Assembly (NCBI RefSeq): GCF_004010195.1
Contig: NC_057718.1
Location: 97,987,883 to 98,020,441 of the forward strand
Direction: 5' to 3'
Length of the DNA: 32,559 bases
Source of the DNA: Chiloscyllium plagiosum
Lineage: Eukaryota
Part shown: positions 11,366 to 22,099 of the stretch, piece by piece
Layout: every line of letters begins with the position of its first letter
Numbering within the stretch: the stretch's first letter is position 1
Translations under genes and position numbers: made by a program
The notes under the pieces: model-generated
The model's database searches: none
What the model saw: the letters and a program-made list of their open reading frames with translations, nothing else
What the model was told of the DNA's origin: nothing

Positions 11366-11705
11366 ACTTGCAGTGTGACTCCTGAAGTTGGCTGTAATCT
11401 AGTTGTACAATTTTAACTCTGTCGTGGTTTTCTCATTCCTGTTATACATCAAATTCATTGAAAGACAGTTCCTAGTATGAGAACCACTGGAATATTAATG
11501 GCTTCTAAAGACAGAGGCCACATAGAGTCACAGAGATGTACAGCACGGAAACAGACCCTTCATTCTGATGCTGACCAAATATCCGAAATTAATCTAGTCC
11601 CATTTGCCAGCATTTGGCCCATGCCCCTCTAAACCCTTCAAATTCATATACCCGTCCAGATGTCTTTTAAATATTGTAATTGTACCAGCCTCCACACTTC
11701 CTCTT

Positions 11706-13107
11706 GTTAGAGACAAAAAAAACTGCAGATGCTGGAACCCAAGGTCGACAGGGAGGAGGCTGGAAGAACACAGCAAGCCAGGCAGCATCAGGAGGTGGAG
11801 AAGTCAACGTTGCCTCTCTTCCAATCTCGTTCACTGTGTCAGATGCTCCTGATGTGGTCTTCTCTACATCGGTGTTATGAAGATGTGGGCATACTGCACC
11901 TTTAAGAGAGAGTTAAAAGCAACAGAATGGCCTGACACATCACCAAGTGTTCTGAAAAAAAGATGTAAAGTAACCTTTTGGATCAGCAGTTAGGGTAGTT
12001 GGTTGCCTGGAGACAAAAACAGATTCGAATTAGGCCAATCAGTTTAAATATACCACCAAAAAAACCAAACTCCAATCCAGTTTGAATTTAGTTATTGACA
12101 GTCTTAAAAGACAATGACATAATCTGATGCTTTGAGGGGGCGGTGGGGAAGACCAGGGAAAATTGAACAGTTGAGAGGAGAACTACCAATCTAATGACAT
12201 CTGCTAACTGCCCAAAGAATAGCTCTCTTAAAGGTACCTTTATCAATCAGTAACCTGTGAAGGAGAATCCCCAAGAAGCAGAAAAGACAGGAATACAGAG
12301 AAGAAACTGAAAGCTGCCTGGTTTTGGGATAAGAAGTTTTGTTTTGTAAATCTTAATCAGGCGTTTTATACTTAGTATTGTAGAAGGGAAGTAAAAGTTA
12401 GGTTAGAGGAAGGAGTTGTAAATAGTTGTTAGTTAATTATTCTCTGTTATATTTTAAGAAATAAAGTTGTTAATTTTTACTTTAAATAGTTCTTGGCTGC
12501 TCGAATTTTCACAGATTACTGCACGGGATAAATCTTTTCTGTGTTCCTGATTTAAAGCAAGCAGGAGAATTTACCCATGTTGTAGCAATCAGGGAGACTA
12601 AATGTAAACTTAGGAAATGGTGCACCGAGAATCTCAGCCAGGCGGGCAGGGGCTGACATGGACCTCCTAGTCACTGGCCATTGTAATTCCCCTTCCCACT
12701 CCCTTTCCAACATGACAATCCTCGGCCTCCTCCATTACTACAGCGAACTAAACTTTAAATTGGAGGAACAACACCTCATCGTCCGCCTGGGCAGCCTACA
12801 GCCCAGAGGACTCAACGTTGAGTTCTCCAATTTCAACCAACCTCCTTTCCCATCCCCCAATTCCCTTCCCAGCCCCTCCCCCGCCCTTCCACTCCTCCCA
12901 GCCACCTACTGGATTCATTCCTCCCATTGGCCAACCAGGTCGTACCCGCTGCCAGTCTTCACCTATCCCCCACCTCACCACTATCCCCTTTTTCTGCAGC
13001 TCCTCTTACACTCACCCGCAGTCCTGAAGAAGAGTTACACCTGAAATGTTGACTTCTCCTCCTCCTGATGCTGCCTGGCTTGCTGTGTTCTTCCAGTCTC
13101 CTGCCTG
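11706..13107 (+). mobile_element. Penelope-like element: inverted terminal piece (about 11710-11810) plus GIY-YIG 3' body, split by an LTR
   Basis: SSNLVHCVRCS*CGLLYI before the LTR and GETKCKL after it; ORF 12658-13044 KLEEQHLIVRLGSLQPRGLNVEF; decayed hammerhead CTGAAGA...GAAATGTT at 13024-13050. Confidence 0.88.
11873..12587 (+). mobile_element. Solo LTR (715 bp)
   Basis: TGTTATGA...TTGTAGCA termini; 5-bp TSD ATCGG (11868-11872) and ATCAG (12588-12592); GGCCAATCAG box at about 12033; AATAAA at 12460-12465. Confidence 0.85.
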
Positions 13108-13629
13108 TCCACCACATCCTCTGGCAACCCATTCCATACACGCACCACCCTCTGTGTGAAAAGGTTGCCCCTGAGGTGAGTTTTATATGTTTCCCCTCTC
13201 ACCCTAAACCTATGCCCTCTAGTTCTGGATTTCCCCACCCCCAAGGAAAACAACTTTGTCTATTTATCCTATCCATGCCCATCATGAATTTATAAACCTC
13301 TATAAGGTCACCCCTTAGCCTCCAATGCTCCAGTGAAAACAGCCCAGCCTATTCAGCCTCTCTTTATAGCTCAAACCCTCCAACCCTGGCAACAGGTATG
13401 GTTGTGATCCTGCTAATATTTTACAAAGATTCCTTAAGATGTTAACTTTGTCTATTCTTCTGCAAAACGCCTCATTGGTCATTATTTTATATTTTTGCAT
13501 TGACCTGGATTTTACGAAGTGGTACTGTTTGCCATTGACATCAAAGATAATTTCCCACATTCATCCAAAGATCTTTATGGGGTGGATTTCCTCTTTCCTG
13601 TTGATAGTTTCAGTTTGATGCCACGTCAA

Positions 13630-13810
13630 GTGGATCTCTACGCATCACACTCTGCTTTCTCTGCATATTCGAAAGCCCTAAGAACTATATCTAACTCCTT
13701 CTTAAGAAAGTTCAATGTTTTAGCCTCAGCCTCATTCTGTGGCAGAGAATTTCTCAGGCTCAGTACTCCCTGGTTGAAGAAATCTCTCCTCATCTCAGTC
13801 CTAAATGGCC
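13630..13810 (-). mobile_element. CR1 fragment
   Basis: Minus-strand ORF PFRTEMRRDFFNQGVLSLRNSLPQ..EAKTLNFLKKELD. Confidence 0.8.
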
Positions 13811-14817
13811 CACTCTGTGGTAGGGATTTGGTTGGGGATGTAACAACAGCTGGCGATGAGCTAAGGAGCTGCTGTTGGGCACAAGGCATTTTTTTTGGAA
13901 AGAGATTCCACCACCTTTATAACTGATGATACAAACGGTGTTAAGCTTGTCGAATCCTGCGTTCTAATATTGTTAACGATTGGCACAATTAGGATGGACG
14001 CTGTGGCCTGAGGGAAATGGGGGGGGAAATCGGCAAGCAACCCTGTGCAACAAAGTTAGAATTGTTTGTCTTAATGAGAAGTAAGCACTTCCCTTGAGCA
14101 GAAAAAGAATGATGGTTTGTCTAAGATCATCAGAAACACAATCCCAAGCAATCCTCACAGAAAATTATTTTGCAGAAGGCTCCAAAGAAATGTAGTAAAG
14201 CAGAATGTACAACTGCAGGCTAAATATTACTCACTAGTTGGTTTTACTGGATTGCAAACTGAGATTGCAAATCTCAACAGTGATTTCAGAATAATGCACA
14301 AATTGCCAAGTTGTGTTATCTTCTTTGTTTGTTTTTATTACATCTACAAATGATCACAGTTTTCTCAGAGTGTATAAGTTACTGATTTCTAATTATTCCA
14401 TGTCATCAATAGAAGCTATTCCACACCAAAAGTAGGGGCAGACTCGTAAAGCGTTTCAAAAATTGGCTTATGCCAACTGGATGGACTTCCTTGAGCACGA
14501 TTCAACTTTGTTTATTTTGTTATTTTCAAATGTTCTGCATTAAGTGAAAGATGTGTTCATAACTTGCCCAAGCAGCTTACCAATTTACAAATCCTTCCAA
14601 TGTTGTATTGGTAGGTGCTAGGAGCAGGGGAGGTTCCTGATTAGCTGCGTTATGGAAGGAAATTACAGCTTTCGCCATCATCACCTATTGTCCCGGGCTA
14701 CAACAGGCATGTAAAAGTGTACATTGTCATAGCAACTCGGACTCATTGGCTGATGCCAACAGTACAGGGTTCAATCCCCATAGATTAGAACCCTTAGTGT
14801 GGATTCAGGGTTACTTA

Positions 14818-14834
14818 CTGTGCCCTCTGGTGGA
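14818..14834 (-). promoter_or_regulatory. Candidate CTCF binding site
   Basis: Minus strand TCCACCAGAGGGCACAG matches the CTCF core CCACYAGRGGGC. Confidence 0.55.
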
Positions 14835-14984
14835 GATTTTTACGCTGTGATTCAGAATTTCCTTCAGGCAGAAAGCTCACAAAATGATATATCAAGTGAC
14901 TAAAAGTGTGAAAAGTTAGAGCAGTGCTTTTGGACTGATATTAAAGTAGTTGGTTTTGTAACGCTAATTAAGTCTATCAAACAG

Positions 14985-15300
14985 GGGTGAGGGTGGTGTA
15001 GTGCTAATGCTGCTGGGCTTAGTAACCTCAAACTAACCCTCTGGGGAGACATGAGTTCATGTCCTGTGTCTGATGAAGTTTAGTACAATATATTTAGAAT
15101 TGAAATCCCTTGTAAAACGTTGTCTGCTTCACTTCTAGTGAAGAAAATCTGCCCTGACCTAGCCTGACCTGCACGTGACTCCAAACCCACAACATTGAGG
15201 CTGACTGTTGAAACCCTCTGAAATAGCCGAGCAAGCCACTCAGTTCAAGTGCTGATGGGGACAGGCACTAATTCCGAGTGATACCCACAACCTGTGAAAG
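14985..15300 (+). mobile_element. SINE family A (old copy)
   Basis: GGTGGTGTAGTGCTAATG head; GAAAATCTGCC..GACCTAGCCTGACCT..ACGTGACTCCA body. Confidence 0.7.
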
Positions 15301-15948
15301 AGGAACAAAAATCATGCAACTTATGACTTGATTGCAAATCTTAACCAAGTTTAGGCTGTGTTTTCCCATCTATGGAATGACTGAAGTTGTTTTTGTCTGG
15401 ATCAGGTTTAATCAATGTTGCCTGAGCCAGTCAGGGTGGTTGAACAATAATACTGGAGTGTGAGAGTCATGTAAAGGAAGCGATTAAAAGATCTTGAATT
15501 TTTGCAGCATCTTACACATCCTCAAGGCATTCCGCAGTACCCTGCATCACTGACTTTTTAAGTCACTTCAAGAAACTGTTACATTAAAATAGATGTATCT
15601 CATTGCATAAGTATTGTATTCTGCTTGGAGGACATGATGCAATTAAACTTTCTGATGCTGTACCGAAATGCAATATTTGTCCTAACGTAGTGTTTTGTTT
15701 ATTAAAGAAAACCCCTTGTACAGGAGAGTGCCACAAAAATCGTTTTTCTTATTCTTTATTCTCTTGCAGAAGAAACCAACTGATGACTCATCTGGCAAAC
15801 TAGAACACATTAATCCAGGCGCAGTCATTGTTTGGTGAGCAATTCCTTTCTTTTCTAAATAGAGTAGCATAAGAGGTAGTAGTTGCTAAGCGAAACTGAT
15901 ATGCAAGAATTCTTCATTAAACATATATCTTCGACTTATAATACAATG

Positions 15949-16881
15949 TCCCTGTAACAGTGCTGTCAGTGTACACAGCCCCATGTAACAGTGCTGTCAA
16001 TGTACACAGCCCCCTGTAACAGTGCTGTCAGTATACACAGCCCCCTGTAACAGTGCTGTCAGTGTACACAGCTCCCTGTAACAGTGCTGTCAGTGTACAC
16101 AGACCCCTGTAACAGTGCTGTCAGTGTACACCGCTCCCTGTAGCAGTGCTGTCAGTGTACACAGCCCCCTGTAACAGTGCTGTCATTTTACACAGCCCCC
16201 TGTAACAGTGCTGTCAATGTACACAGCCCCCTGTAACAGTGCTGTCAGTTTACACAGCCCACTGTAACAGTGCTGTCAGTGTACACCGCTCCCTGTAACA
16301 GTGCTGTCAGTGTACACAGACCCCTGTAACAGTGCTGTCAGTGTACACTGCCCCCTGTAACAGTGCTGTCAGTGTACACCGCTCCCTGTAACAGTGCTGT
16401 CAGTGTATACAGCCCCCTGTAGCAGTGCTGTCAGTGTACACAGCCCCCTGTAACATAGCTGTCAGTGTACACTGCTCCCTGTAACAGTGCTGTCAGTGTA
16501 CACAGCCCCCTGTAACAGTGCTGTCAGTGTACACAACCCCCAGTAACAGTGCAGTCTGTATACTGCTCCCTGTAACAGTGCTGTCAGTGTACACTGCTCC
16601 CTGTAACAGTGCTGTCAGAGTACACAGCTCCCTGTAACAGTGCTGTCAGTGTACACTGCCCTCTGTAACAGTGCTGTCTGTGTACACTGCCCCCTGTAAC
16701 AGTGCTGTCAGTGTACAGAGCCCTCTGTAACAGTGCTGCCAGTGTACACAGACTCCTGTGACAGTGCTGTCAGTGTACACAGCCCCCTGTAACAGTGCTG
16801 TCAGTGTACACTGCTCCCTGTAACAGTGCTGTCATTTTACACAGCCCACAGTAACAGTGCTGTCAGTGTACACAGCTCCCT
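15949..16881. repeat. Minisatellite, 30 copies of a 31-bp unit (CCCTGTAACAGTGCTGTCAGTGTACACAGCC)
   Basis: TGTAACAG recurs every 31 bp from 15953; one 29-bp unit at 16542-16570; no unique spacers. Confidence 0.97.
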
Positions 16882-17054
16882 CTAAATTGTTGATCAGTGT
16901 GCTGACTGCTCTGTTCTGAACCAAGCTGTTCCAATGGAGATATAACACTGGCATTTTCCTTGGTAATTTGGAATCCTGCTGAGTTATGTACTGTGCACAA
17001 GACGTTGAATGAATCCAATCTACCCAGTTATGGCCAAAACCACCCACTTTTGAT

Positions 17055-18150
17055 CACCATGAAAATGACAAAAGCTGTCATCGACCGTGCTGTCAAGCGT
17101 TATCTGCTCAGCAATAGCCTGCTCATTGACTCCTATCTTGGGTTCTGGCTGAACCTGACTCAGCTCCTGACTTCAATGATCCTTGGTCCAAAGGTCAGTG
17201 TCCTCACCTCCAGGACGTCTCTGTGCAGGGGTTCCGCCAGGTAGTGTGTTCGGCCCATCCATCTTCAGCTGCTACAGAATCACTGATATGTTATGGTGCA
17301 GAAGGATATGTTATTTCGCCCATCATCAAATACCTTCCCTCCCTTATAAGGTCAGAAGTAGGGATGCTCAGTGGTGAGTCCCCAATGTTCAGCACCATTT
17401 GTGGGCTCTTAAATAAACTAGTCCCTATCCAAATGCAGCAAGACCTGGAAAATGTCCAGGTTTGGGCTGACAACTGGCAAGTTCCATTCACACCTACACA
17501 AGTCCGAAGCAATGACCATCTCCAACAATAGGGAATCTAGCCACCCCCCATTGATATTCAAGAGCATTATCATCACTGAATTCCTCACTGTCAACATCCT
17601 GAAGGTTATCAATGAACAGACACTGAACTGAACTAGCCATGTCAACATGAGAACAGGTCAGAGTCTGGAAATCCTGCAATGAAGTTGCTCACTTCCTTAC
17701 TCCCAAATTCTGTTTACCAGCTGCAAGGCACAAGTCAGGGGTGTGATGGAACATTCTTCACTTACATGAGTGAGCACAGCTCTAACACTCAAGAAACTTG
17801 ATACTCTGCAGGACAAAGCAGCCTGTCCCACCCATTAACATCCACCGCCTCCACCACTCAGAGGCAGCAGAGTGTACTGTCTGCAAGATACATTGCAGAA
17901 ATTCACCGAGGTCCTTCAGATAGGCCTTTCCAAAATTGTGCCCAGTGCATCAAGAAGGACAAGGATAGCAGATACATGGGAACACCACGTTGCCCTCTGA
18001 ACCACTCACCATCCTGAGTTTGAACCACATGACCATTCTGTCGGTGTCGCTGGGTGAAGGTTATGAAACTCCCTTCCTAAAGGCATTGTGTGTGTACCGA
18101 CACGAAATGGATACAGCACCACCTTCTCAAGGGAAACCACAGGTGGGCAT
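17055..18150 (+). mobile_element. Degenerate CR1-clade LINE, family A (second copy)
   Basis: AGVPPGSVFGPSIFSC and IQMQQDLENVQVWADNWQV; colinear with 490-1620. Confidence 0.85.
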
Positions 18151-18689
18151 TCGGCGAAGTTTGCAGGCATGATTGTACATTTAACCTCTTCTGGCCTGCC
18201 AGAATTCATGCTCTACAGAGAACTTCCAGCAGTGTACTGTGTATTGACACTGAATCAAAACTCCACTGTGGTTCCACCAGGTCTTCATTCACTTGACGAG
18301 TTGTGTTGGGGATTTAACTTGGGCCGGTGTGAGTTAGTGCGCAACTTGACTTGAGGGATTTTGGAAAGCCTGACCAAAAATCTGTTTTCATTCTGTGCTA
18401 CTTGAAAGTTGTTTGAGAATGATGACAAATTACGATAATTTTTTGCAGTTTTAGTGTCTGGGCTGAGGAGGCAATTAAAAAAAAACTGTAATGAAGTGCT
18501 TCCAACATGGCAGTTTGAAAAATGAGATGAATGTCCTGATTTATGAATATTCAACGGTGGCTTCCGCAGTCATTGATGGTAACAAGCAACTTTTATTGTC
18601 ACTGTGACAAGCCCAGACAGCAAATTACCAATTTTATTGAAACCATCATGAAAGTAGAAACTATTGAGGCAGCAGCAATTAAACCTGTT

Positions 18690-18833
18690 TTATTCATTCT
18701 CAATGTGGGCAGCTCAGGCTAGGTCAGCATTTATTTCCCACCCTTAATTGCCCAAAGGTTTGTTGAGAGTCAGCCACATTGCTGTGGGTCGGGAGTCACA
18801 TGTAGGCCAGACTGAGTAAGGACAATACTTCCT
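18690..18833 (-). mobile_element. SINE family A 3' part
   Basis: CAGCATTTATT...GAGAGTCAGCCACATTGCTGTGGGTC.GGAGTCACATGTAGGCCAGAC. Confidence 0.8.
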
Positions 18834-18834
18834 T

Positions 18835-19247
18835 AGAACAGAGAATAGTACAGCACAAGAACGGGCCCTTCGGCCCACAATGTTGCGCCAAACATGACGC
18901 CAAATTAAGATAATCCCTCCTGCTTGCCCTTGGTCCATATCCATCTATCTCTTGCATATTCATGTGTTTATCTAAAAGTCCCTTCGACGGCCCCTAACGT
19001 ATCTGCCTCCCTCACCACAGCTGGCAGCACCTTCCAGACTCTCACCACTCTCTGTGTATAAAACCCTGCCCCTCACATCTTCTGCCAACTTTCCCTCTCT
19101 CACCTTAAGTGAATGCCCCTTAGCATAAGACCGTTCAACTCCGGGAAAAGGATTCTGACTGTCCGTCCTATCTGTGCATCTTATAATTTTATTGACTTCT
19201 ATCAAGTCTCCCCTCAGCCTTCATTGTTCGAGAGAAAACAATCTGAG
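18835..19247 (-). mobile_element. CR1 3' end
   Basis: Minus-strand ORF IEVNKIIRCTDRTDSQNPFP...GHSLKVREGK; tail GGGCCGAAGGGCCCGTTC. Confidence 0.85.
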
Positions 19248-19553
19248 TTTAGATTACCTACAGTGTGGAAAAAGGCCCTTCGCCCAACGAGTCCACACCG
19301 ACCCTCCAAAGAGTAACCCACCCAAACCCATTTCCCTCTGACTAATGCACCTAACATTATGGGCAATTTAGCCTGGCCAATTCACCCTAACCTGCACGTC
19401 TTTGGATTGTGGGAGGAAACTGGAGCACCCGGAGGAAACCCACGCAGGCACGGGGAGAATGTGAAAACTCCACACAGGCAGTCACTCAAGGCTGGAATTG
19501 AACCTGGGTCCCTGGCGCTGTGAGGCAACAGTGCTAATCACTGAGCCACCGTG
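19248..19553 (-). mobile_element. Full-length HE1 V-SINE
   Basis: Minus strand GCACGGTGGCTCAGTGATTAGCACTG (A-box), GGTTCAATTCC (B-box), V-domain and TAATCT tail. Confidence 0.93.
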
Positions 19554-19669
19554 CGAGTTATTATGGCCGCTCATCGAGGCAGCGTCCTAGTAAACATCTT
19601 CTACCTTATTTCTTTATTTTTTGACTTATTCTGTGAAGGTAATGCTTCACTTTCTTAACCTTGTTTCTT

Positions 19670-19775
19670 TTACTGCTTTGTACCTACATTTTTTTGTGTG
19701 TGGTGACATTATACATTTTTCACTGTAATTCTGTACTTGAGTACACACGACAATAAAATCTAAATCTAAGTCTCT
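19670..19775 (+). mobile_element. Probable L2/Rex-type LINE 3' tail
   Basis: TTTTCACTGTA...GTACACACGACAATAAA followed by (ATCTAA)n. Confidence 0.5.
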
Positions 19776-20243
19776 AAAACCACGAGGCCGTCACCTCCAC
19801 ACATGCCAGAACACACGTGCCAACAGTGATAGAACTGAGCCACGATCAAGCACAGGTTTGTGAAACTTTTTTGGCCTTGAAAGTGGACATGAGAAAGAAG
19901 CAACCATAAAACATTGAAACCCCAGGGAGTTGTTATTTTTTTGAGGATGGAAATCCATAAGAATATATTCCCATTATTGTAAAAGCTCCATCATTGTCCA
20001 TTTGCATCAAAGCACGACACAGTTTGGATTAACATTTTATCATTTTGGCAAACGCATAACCTCAAATAAACCAAAGTAAATTACTGCTGATGTCAAAAAT
20101 CCGAAATAATAACATGACATGCTGGGTTCCAACTGGGCATGGTACGTTAACTCTGTTTTTCTCTGGAGGTTAGGTGGATTGGCTGGGGGGGGTGGGGTGC
20201 GGGGCATGGGGTTGAGGGAGCCTTTGACAACCTTTCAAAATGA

Positions 20244-20488
20244 CAAAAGCAAATTACTGCGGATGCTGCAATCTGAAACCAAAAGAGAAAATGCTGGAAA
20301 ATCTCAGCAGGTCTGGAGCAGCATCTGTAAGGAGAGAAAAGAGCTGACCTTTCGAGTCTAACTGACCCTTTGTCAAAGCTGTCAAAGCTGACAAAGGGTC
20401 AGTCAGACTCGAAACGTCAGCTCTTTTCTCTCCTTACAGATGCTGCCAGACCTGCTGAGATTTTCCAGCATTTTCTCTTTTGGTTTCA
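20244..20488. mobile_element. Short fold-back PLE-terminus element (second family)
   Basis: Inverted arms at about 20274-20376 and 20388-20488; direct repeat TTTCAAAATGA at 20233-20243 and 20484-20494. Confidence 0.85.
20342..20422. ncRNA. Back-to-back hammerhead-like motifs with variant core (UUGACAA and CUGACAA)
   Basis: Minus strand AGCT-TTGACAA-A-GGGTC-AGTTA-GACTC-GAAA-GGTC-AGCT; plus strand CTGACAA-A-GGGTC-AGTCA-GACTC-GAAA-CGTC-AGCT. Confidence 0.6.
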
Positions 20489-20554
20489 AAATGATAACTC
20501 GGACAAGATTCCAGGATTTGTGACCCCATTCCCTGCATCTCCCACTTTTTGGCC

Positions 20555-21080
20555 AGTCGAGGTCAGACCATATTTGGAATATTGTGAGCGGTTTTGGGCC
20601 TCGTGCCTAAGGAAGGATGATCCTTAGGGAGATGAAGGTTTGTTGGATGAGGTGCGGTTGAGGACTCTGGGTCTGTACTCGATGAAGTTTAGAAGGATGA
20701 GGGGGGGTGTTGATCAGATTGAAACTTATGGAATGCTGAGAGGCCTGGATGGAGTGGATGCGGAGAAGATGTTTTCGCTAGTAGGAGAGACTAAGACCTG
20801 AGGACACAGCCTCAAAGTGAAGGGGGCATCCCTTTAGAAATGAGATATGGAGGAATTTCTTCAACCAGAGGGTGGTGCATCTGTGGAACTCATTCCCTCA
20901 CAAGGTTACAGAAGTAGGCTCATTGGATATATTCAAGACAGTGTTAGATAGGTTCTTAATTGTTAAGGGGATCAAGGGTTATGGGAAGAAGGCAGGAGAA
21001 TGGAGTTGAGAAGCATTGGCCATGATTGAACAGTGGAGCAGCCTCAATGGGCTGAATGGCCTCATTCTGCTGTATCTTGT
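20555..21080 (+). mobile_element. CR1 3' portion
   Basis: VRPYLEYCERFWASCLRKD codons; GAGGAATTTCTTCAACCAGAGGGTGGTG; tail GGGCTGAATGGCCT. Confidence 0.85.
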
Positions 21081-21407
21081 GGTAAAGGTGCAGGCTGATG
21101 CACTCTGTGTCTCACTCAACTCTGCTCCAGGGTGGTGAGAGGTAGCTCCTATTTGGACAGTTTTGTGGAGTCAGGTCAGTCTTTCAAGGAGCTATGGTGT
21201 ATTCCCCGTCAGTCTTTAGGAACCTTTAGGAAGGGACATTCAAAATGTCCTTCCTGCATCTCTATGCCACCCTGTGGCCCTTGGTCCCTCACGTCCTTCT
21301 ATGCCAGCCAATGGGGACTCTATGCTTATTCATACTGTACAGGTCTCAGCAGTTCAAGGAGGCTGCTCGCCACCACCTTCTCAAGAGCAATTGGGGATGG
21401 GCACTAA

Positions 21408-21510
21408 ACGTTGACTTCTCCACCCCCTGATGCTGCCTGGCTTGCTGTGTTCTCCCAGCCTCCTGCCTGTCTACTTTGGATTCCAGCATGGGCAGCTTTT
21501 TTTTGACTCC
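21408..21510 (+). mobile_element. PLE terminal fragment joined to a family A tail (about 21345-21405)
   Basis: AACGTTGACTTCTCCACC..CTGATGCTGCCTGGCTTGCTGTGTTCT, the same as 13045-13107. Confidence 0.75.
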
Positions 21511-21919
21511 AACAAACAGCCAGCGAAAGCCGTATCCCATAAGTGAATAAGATAAAACAGCCCGTTCAGACATAATGTAGCAGCATTTTAAACCTTTTTT
21601 GAAAATGTTATTAGCACTTGCATAATCTTCCATCTTTTTAAAAAAAACCTTTTTATTGCAGCACTATAAAACTGTCAGTCATCCTGACCTTGGAAAAACA
21701 GAAACTTTACTCAATTCCTAACCTTTTGTCAGTAAACATTATGCAGTTGACAGAATAGATTACAAGAGTTGCCAGTCAAGCTAAGTTTTGCCTCGAGTAC
21801 AGTCATTTCAACTGACTAATGGATGTGTGGGCTGGCACCCAAGAATCTGTAATGAAGCTTGACTCTTGCTGTTTTATTTTTCAATACTGTCTTGTTTCCT
21901 TTTAGCATTTACCTGAGAG

Positions 21920-22095
21920 AACAGGCTGGGGCTAGGTTTAGTGTCTCATCTGAAAGATGGTATCTTCGACAGTGCAGCACTCTCCCAGTGCCGCCCTGGT
22001 GTGACAGACCTCAGCTTTGCTAAAGATTCCAATCAAGGCTGAGGGACCCCTCTCGAACTGACTTGAAAATCCCACAGCGTAGAAGCTTCTAGGCC
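21920..22095 (-). mobile_element. DeuSINE (SacSINE1-like) 5' fragment
   Basis: GGTTTAGTGTCTCATCTGAAAGATGG...CGACAGTGCAGCACTC is the reverse Deu domain; it is an inverted match to 29447-29605. Confidence 0.75.
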
Positions 22096-22099
22096 TGGG

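Larger units (their letters stand above)
11520..13395 (-). mobile_element. HER1/CR1 3' end in two parts (11520-11705 and 13108-13395), the host of a nested PLE and LTR
   Basis: The CR1 sequence resumes in register after the PLE; TCCAC(C)AC(T/A)TCCTCT is duplicated at both junctions. Confidence 0.88.

Noticed and set aside
15949..16881. CRISPR-like array (31-bp palindromic repeats)
   Set aside because: Units are contiguous with no unique spacers, there are no cas genes, and the context is vertebrate.
19490..19553. tRNA gene
   Set aside because: The A/B boxes belong to an HE1 SINE head that continues into the V-domain; the same applies at 23058, 29447 and 29624.
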